Below are positions 54,471-58,117 of a stretch of 58,117 bases of DNA, piece by piece. The stretch is from an uncultured Gammaproteobacteria bacterium (GTDB lineage: Bacteria > Patescibacteriota > Microgenomatia > CAYGWK01), in the NCBI GenBank assembly GCA_964487495.1, contig CAZAPL010000006.1:1-58117 (forward strand), read 5' to 3'. The position numbers and the translations under genes are program-made. The stretch's first letter is position 1. Every line of letters begins with the position of its first letter. The notes below the pieces were generated by a model, which did no database searches, was not told the origin of the DNA, and saw only the letters and a list, made by a program, of their open reading frames with translations.

Positions 54471-55490
54471 ATGAAAAAATTTGCCATGGGAAATGAGATT
54501 TTAGCCCAGGCGGCTTTTGATGCCGGGGCTAAAATTATGTTTGGTTATCCAATAACTCCTACAACCGAAGTTTTATCAACTTGGATAAAATTAGCAGAAA
54601 AATCAGGAAGAAAATATCTTCAAACAGAAGATGAAATGGCAGCAGGATTTGGAGTTTGTGGAGCAGTTTTGGCAGGAGTCCCCGCCTTTACCGCCACTGC
54701 CGGGCCAGGAACAATTCTTATGCAGGATCCTTTAGTTATGGCTGAGGCTTTAAGACTCCCTTTTGTAGTTTTTATAGGACAACGAGGCGGGCCCTCAACA
54801 GGACAGGTTGTTTATTCTCAACAAGAAGTCAATTTGGCAATTTACGGAGGAAATAATGAGGGATTAAGGATTGTTTATTCTTCTTCTGGCCTTCAAGATC
54901 TTTATACCTACGGAATAAAAGCCTTTAACGTTGCCTGGAAATACCGATTTCCTACCATTCTTCTTTATGATGGATATCAAGGGAAAATGAAAGGAGTAGT
55001 AGAAATTCCGGATAAAAAGCTCAAAGAAGTTAAAACAGAACCAATTCTAACCAAAAATATGAGAAATACTTACAATCTAGAAGAAGAACTAGCCGAGGAG
55101 GTCTTGAAAGCAAAAGACGAATTTGAAAAAAATTCAAAAGAATTGATTGAATATGAAGAATTTCAAACAGAAAAGGCTGAGGTTTTAATCTTTGCTCACG
55201 GAATTGTTTCTTCAGCCGTAAAAGAAGCAGTAAAATCTTTAAGAAAGAAAAAAATCCCAATTGGTCTTTTTAGGCCAATTACCCTTTCTCCTTTCCCAAT
55301 TAAAAAGGCAGCCTTAGTCCTTCAGAAAGCCAAACAAATAATTGTTTTTGAATCCTCGCTTGGACAATTTTCAAGAATTATAAAAGAAAAAATTTATTGG
55401 GTAAACATCCCTTTAGTTGAAGTTTTCAAACCTGGAGTAGGATTTACTCCGGAAGAAATTGAAAAAACTGTTTTAAGTTTATTAACCTAA
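54471..55490 (+). CDS. 2-oxoacid:ferredoxin oxidoreductase alpha subunit
   Basis: GNEILAQAAFDAGAKIMFGYPITPTTEV; operon context with the TPP, gamma and ferredoxin subunits. Confidence 0.8.
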   Translation: MKKFAMGNEILAQAAFDAGAKIMFGYPITPTTEVLSTWIKLAEKSGRKYLQTEDEMAAGFGVCGAVLAGVPAFTATAGPGTILMQDPLVMAEALRLPFVVFIGQRGGPSTGQVVYSQQEVNLAIYGGNNEGLRIVYSSSGLQDLYTYGIKAFNVAWKYRFPTILLYDGYQGKMKGVVEIPDKKLKEVKTEPILTKNMRNTYNLEEELAEEVLKAKDEFEKNSKELIEYEEFQTEKAEVLIFAHGIVSSAVKEAVKSLRKKKIPIGLFRPITLSPFPIKKAALVLQKAKQIIVFESSLGQFSRIIKEKIYWVNIPLVEVFKPGVGFTPEEIEKTVLSLLT

Positions 55491-55494
55491 AATT

Positions 55495-56214
55495 ATGGAA
55501 AACCCAAGATTTCCTAAATGTTTTAAAATTTCTTCAAAACCACATAAATTTTGTCCTGGTTGTGGTTATGGAATTATTTTGAAAAATTTAGGTTGGGTGA
55601 TTGATGAATTAGAAATTCAAAAAGAGATAATCCTTTTAACCGATATTGGTTGTAATCTCTTAAGTTGGGATTTTTTTGATTTCCCAACCGCCCAAACCCA
55701 CCACGGAAGAACAGTATCTACCGCCGTTGGGTTTAAAATGGCTAATCCCCAAAAAACGGTTGTTTGCTTAATTGGCGATGGAGGAGGTTATGCTATTGGG
55801 CTTCAAAATTTAATCCATGCCTGTTTGCGTAATAGTCCAATAACAGTTATTTTAGTTAACAATACTAATTACGGAATGACAGGAGGACAATTTGCTCCAA
55901 CAACAGTAGATAAGCAGATAACCGATTCCACCCCCTTTGGCAAGGACCCAAAAATTTTAGGCAAAACTTTTAAAGGACCAGAACTTTTAAAAGGTATCGC
56001 CTGGGAAAAGGCATATATTGCTAGAGGCTCAACGCTAAAACCCGAAATACTTAAGAATTATTTTAAAATTGCTCTTGAAAGTCAAAAAAGGGGAGATTTT
56101 TCTTTTGTTGAAGTAATTTCTGCCTGTCCTTTAAACTGGGAAACTGACGCAAAAGAAACCTTAGAAAGACTGGAAAAATTAGAAGAGTTTTTTTCTCAAG
56201 GAGAATTAAAATGA
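55495..56214 (+). CDS. 2-oxoacid:ferredoxin oxidoreductase beta (TPP-binding) subunit
   Basis: FCPGCGYG, LIGDGGGYAIGLQNLIHA...NNTNYGMTGGQ. Confidence 0.85.
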   Translation: MENPRFPKCFKISSKPHKFCPGCGYGIILKNLGWVIDELEIQKEIILLTDIGCNLLSWDFFDFPTAQTHHGRTVSTAVGFKMANPQKTVVCLIGDGGGYAIGLQNLIHACLRNSPITVILVNNTNYGMTGGQFAPTTVDKQITDSTPFGKDPKILGKTFKGPELLKGIAWEKAYIARGSTLKPEILKNYFKIALESQKRGDFSFVEVISACPLNWETDAKETLERLEKLEEFFSQGELK

Positions 56215-56705
56215 AAATTCTTTTAACAGGTGAGGGCGGACAAGGAGTACAAGTCGCCGGAGAAATTTTAGCATTGGCCGCCTTTTTTGAAAATAAAAAA
56301 GTCTCTTTAATTCCTAACTTTGGAGTGGAACAAAGAGGAGGAGTTTCTCTTGTATTTTTAGAAATCGGAGAAAATGGCTACCCAAAATTTGATCAGGCTG
56401 ATATCTTGGCAATATTCTGCGACCGAGCCATCGAAAGAATCAAAAAACATATTGGTAAAGATACTAAAATAATTCTAGGGCCAGCAGTTATTTCAAAAAA
56501 AATTCCCGGAGTGTCAAACCTATTCCGCGTCGAGGGTGGAAATTTACCAGCTAAGGTTTGGAATATTTTGGTTTTAAAAGAAATTATTAGATTAACCAAA
56601 ATAGTTAAAATAGAAACTTTAAAAAAAGCCCTAGAGAAAAAATTTAAAGAAAAATTTAAAGAAAATCCAGAAATTAAAAGGATAAATTTAAAAGCCTTAG
56701 AATGA
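56211..56705 (+). CDS. 2-oxoacid:ferredoxin oxidoreductase gamma subunit
   Basis: ILLTGEGGQGVQVAGEILA. ATGA overlap with the upstream gene. Confidence 0.75.
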   Translation: MKILLTGEGGQGVQVAGEILALAAFFENKKVSLIPNFGVEQRGGVSLVFLEIGENGYPKFDQADILAIFCDRAIERIKKHIGKDTKIILGPAVISKKIPGVSNLFRVEGGNLPAKVWNILVLKEIIRLTKIVKIETLKKALEKKFKEKFKENPEIKRINLKALE

Positions 56706-56950
56706 ATTTTAAACCTAAAAAAACAAAATTAAAAAATGGTTCCTGGACGGTTTTCTTAGGACTTTGCAAGGGTTGTGGTATCTGTCTTGTTAAATGCCCG
56801 CAAAAAGCACTTTATTTTGGTAAAGAAAAAGGAGTTTATAGTACGCCGGCTCCAGAGGTTGATCCCCAGAAATGTAAACTTTGTGGAATCTGCGAAATTT
56901 TTTGCCCTGATTCGGCAATAAAAACAGAAAAAGAAAGGCAAAACCTATAA
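56702..56950 (+). CDS. 2-oxoacid:ferredoxin oxidoreductase delta subunit (2x[4Fe-4S] ferredoxin)
   Basis: CKGCGICLVKCP and CKLCGICEIFCP. Confidence 0.8.
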   Translation: MNFKPKKTKLKNGSWTVFLGLCKGCGICLVKCPQKALYFGKEKGVYSTPAPEVDPQKCKLCGICEIFCPDSAIKTEKERQNL

Positions 56951-56951
56951 A

Positions 56952-57623
56952 ATGGATTTCCCCATTCTATTAATAGGTAAATTTTTTGATTTTATTCTTC
57001 ACATTGATACTCATCTTGGAGAAATTATTAATAGTTTTGGAGGGATTTCTTACGTAATTTTGTTTTTTATTATTTTTGCCGAAACCGGATTTGTATTTAC
57101 TCCATTTTTACCTGGCGATTCGCTTCTTTTTGCTGCCGGTGCCTTTGCTGCGTTAGGCTTTTTTAATATTTTCTTTTTATTAATAATTTTATGGATGGCT
57201 GCCTTTCTTGGAGATACCGCCAATTATTGGATTGGCCATTTTTTTGGGCAAAAAATCATTAATAATCCTAAAATTCCCTTAATAAATCAAAAACATATTG
57301 AAGAGACGCAACTTTTTTACCAAAAACACGGAGGCAAAACGATTTTTTTGGCAAGATTTATTCCAATTATTCGAACTTTTGCTCCTTTTGTTGCTGGCGT
57401 AGGGAAAATGGAATATAAAAAATTTATTGTCTTTAATGCCTCCGGTGGCTTTGTTTGGATATTTCTTTTTACTCTAACGGGATATTTTTTTGGAAATCTC
57501 CCCCAAGTTAAAAGAAATTTTTCTTTAGTGGTTTTGGCAATAATCTTAATTTCGATAACTCCTATTATAATAGAAATTCTTAAAAATCAATTTAAAAAAT
57601 TAAGGAAATTAAAAAATAATTAA
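56952..57623 (+). CDS. dedA: DedA family membrane protein
   Basis: FLPGDSLLFAAG, ARFIPIIRTFAPFVAG. Confidence 0.85.
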   Translation: MDFPILLIGKFFDFILHIDTHLGEIINSFGGISYVILFFIIFAETGFVFTPFLPGDSLLFAAGAFAALGFFNIFFLLIILWMAAFLGDTANYWIGHFFGQKIINNPKIPLINQKHIEETQLFYQKHGGKTIFLARFIPIIRTFAPFVAGVGKMEYKKFIVFNASGGFVWIFLFTLTGYFFGNLPQVKRNFSLVVLAIILISITPIIIEILKNQFKKLRKLKNN

Positions 57624-57703
57624 TACTCTAATACCTTCTGATTACTCCTACAACCTTAATTAGAAAATACTTCTTAACCAGCAACCTCTAGTAGATTGTT
57701 AAA

Positions 57704-57892
57704 ATGATTTTAACACAAAATACAAAAAAAGAAAAGTCAAGAAATCAAAAAATAATTGAAAGGTTTTTTTCTTCCGAGAAAAGATACAGCGTTTATTCAA
57801 TTGCCAATGAATTCCACATTTCACCCACTAGAGTTTGGCAGATAATCCGGGATTACAAAAAGAAACAAGGAGAAAAAAATGACATTATTTAG
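57704..57892 (+). CDS. Small putative helix-turn-helix protein
   Basis: 62 aa. YSVYSIANEFHISPTRVWQII looks like an HTH. No Shine-Dalgarno checked; weak call. Confidence 0.3.
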   Translation: MILTQNTKKEKSRNQKIIERFFSSEKRYSVYSIANEFHISPTRVWQIIRDYKKKQGEKNDII

Positions 57893-58106
57893 CGTATTAA
57901 TTTTTACCGCCTTCCTTTTCCTTTTCGTCGAAAGAGGAACGGCTTTTTTTGAGAAACTCAGAAAACAAGAATATCAACGGGAATATATGAGGGAATATCG
58001 AGAGAGAAAAAGAAAAGAAGCAGCAAGGATTTTAAAGAAATGGCGAAGAAAAACCATTAAAGTAAATGATTTTGAAGAACCATATTTTATTGTTAGAACG
58101 TGGTAA
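57879..58106 (+). CDS. Small hypothetical protein (N-terminal hydrophobic segment, Arg/Lys/Glu-rich tail)
   Basis: 75-aa ORF overlapping the previous one by 14 nt. LIFTAFLFLFV followed by REYMREYRERKRKEAARILKKWRRK. Close to the window edge. Confidence 0.2.
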   Translation: MTLFSVLIFTAFLFLFVERGTAFFEKLRKQEYQREYMREYRERKRKEAARILKKWRRKTIKVNDFEEPYFIVRTW

Positions 58107-58117
58107 ATCTTAGAAAA

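Noticed and set aside
1-58117. Alternative genetic code (UGA recoding, as in some CPR lineages) or inteins/introns in the large genes.
   Set aside because: Long ORFs are uninterrupted under the standard code, and several ATGA junctions use TGA as a functional stop. DnaE (1151 aa), PpsA (773 aa), IleRS (964 aa) and PolX (600 aa) have normal lengths with no extra Hint-like insertion.

Overview
This is an AT-rich, very gene-dense bacterial chromosome segment. Many neighbouring genes overlap by 1-4 nt at start/stop, ATGA junctions use TGA as stop, and long ORFs are uninterrupted, so the standard code applies. Gene content and the visible reductions look like a CPR/Patescibacteria-type genome; that is inference from this window only. 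I call about 60 CDS and 4 tRNAs. Left third: an M42-like peptidase, a GNAT-like protein, a stripped-down division/cell-wall cluster (mraY-ftsW-murG-small FtsQ-position protein-ftsA-ftsZ) running into ileS-rodA, then rplU-rpmA-parB and a convergent lepB. Middle (about 14990-25500) is the only clearly accessory stretch. It holds tRNA-Val, a PaaX-like regulator bracketed by two identical 31-bp promoter/palindrome modules, a ~600-aa secreted LamG + C39-like peptidase protein, a six-gene glycan cluster (methyltransferase, GT4, GT2, GT2, GT-C, O-antigen-ligase-like) and an Ig-like anchored protein. It is followed by tRNA-Thr, tRNA-Gly, a LysM protein and tRNA-Asp. Right half: polX, lemA-htpX-gatC-gatA-(MFS)-gatB, dnaE, pyrB-pyrG, xpt, rplS-yraN-ruvC, a holA-like gene, and a carbon node (PMM, cupin, ppsA, eno, gpmI, acs, rsmI on the opposite strand, a four-subunit 2-oxoacid:ferredoxin oxidoreductase), then dedA. 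I saw no CRISPR array, integrase, transposase, reverse transcriptase or recognisable defence or toxin-antitoxin genes, and I cannot point to a convincing wholly new multi-gene system. The best leads are: (1) the duplicated promoter/operator module around the PaaX-like gene; (2) a recurring geometry of -10 boxes 6-11 nt upstream of start codons with no Shine-Dalgarno, suggesting leaderless or near-leaderless mRNAs; (3) a tRNA-mRNA mixed transcription unit; (4) the surface glycosylation island; (5) an MFS transporter translationally coupled inside gatCAB. All functional calls rest on motifs read by eye; no searches were run.
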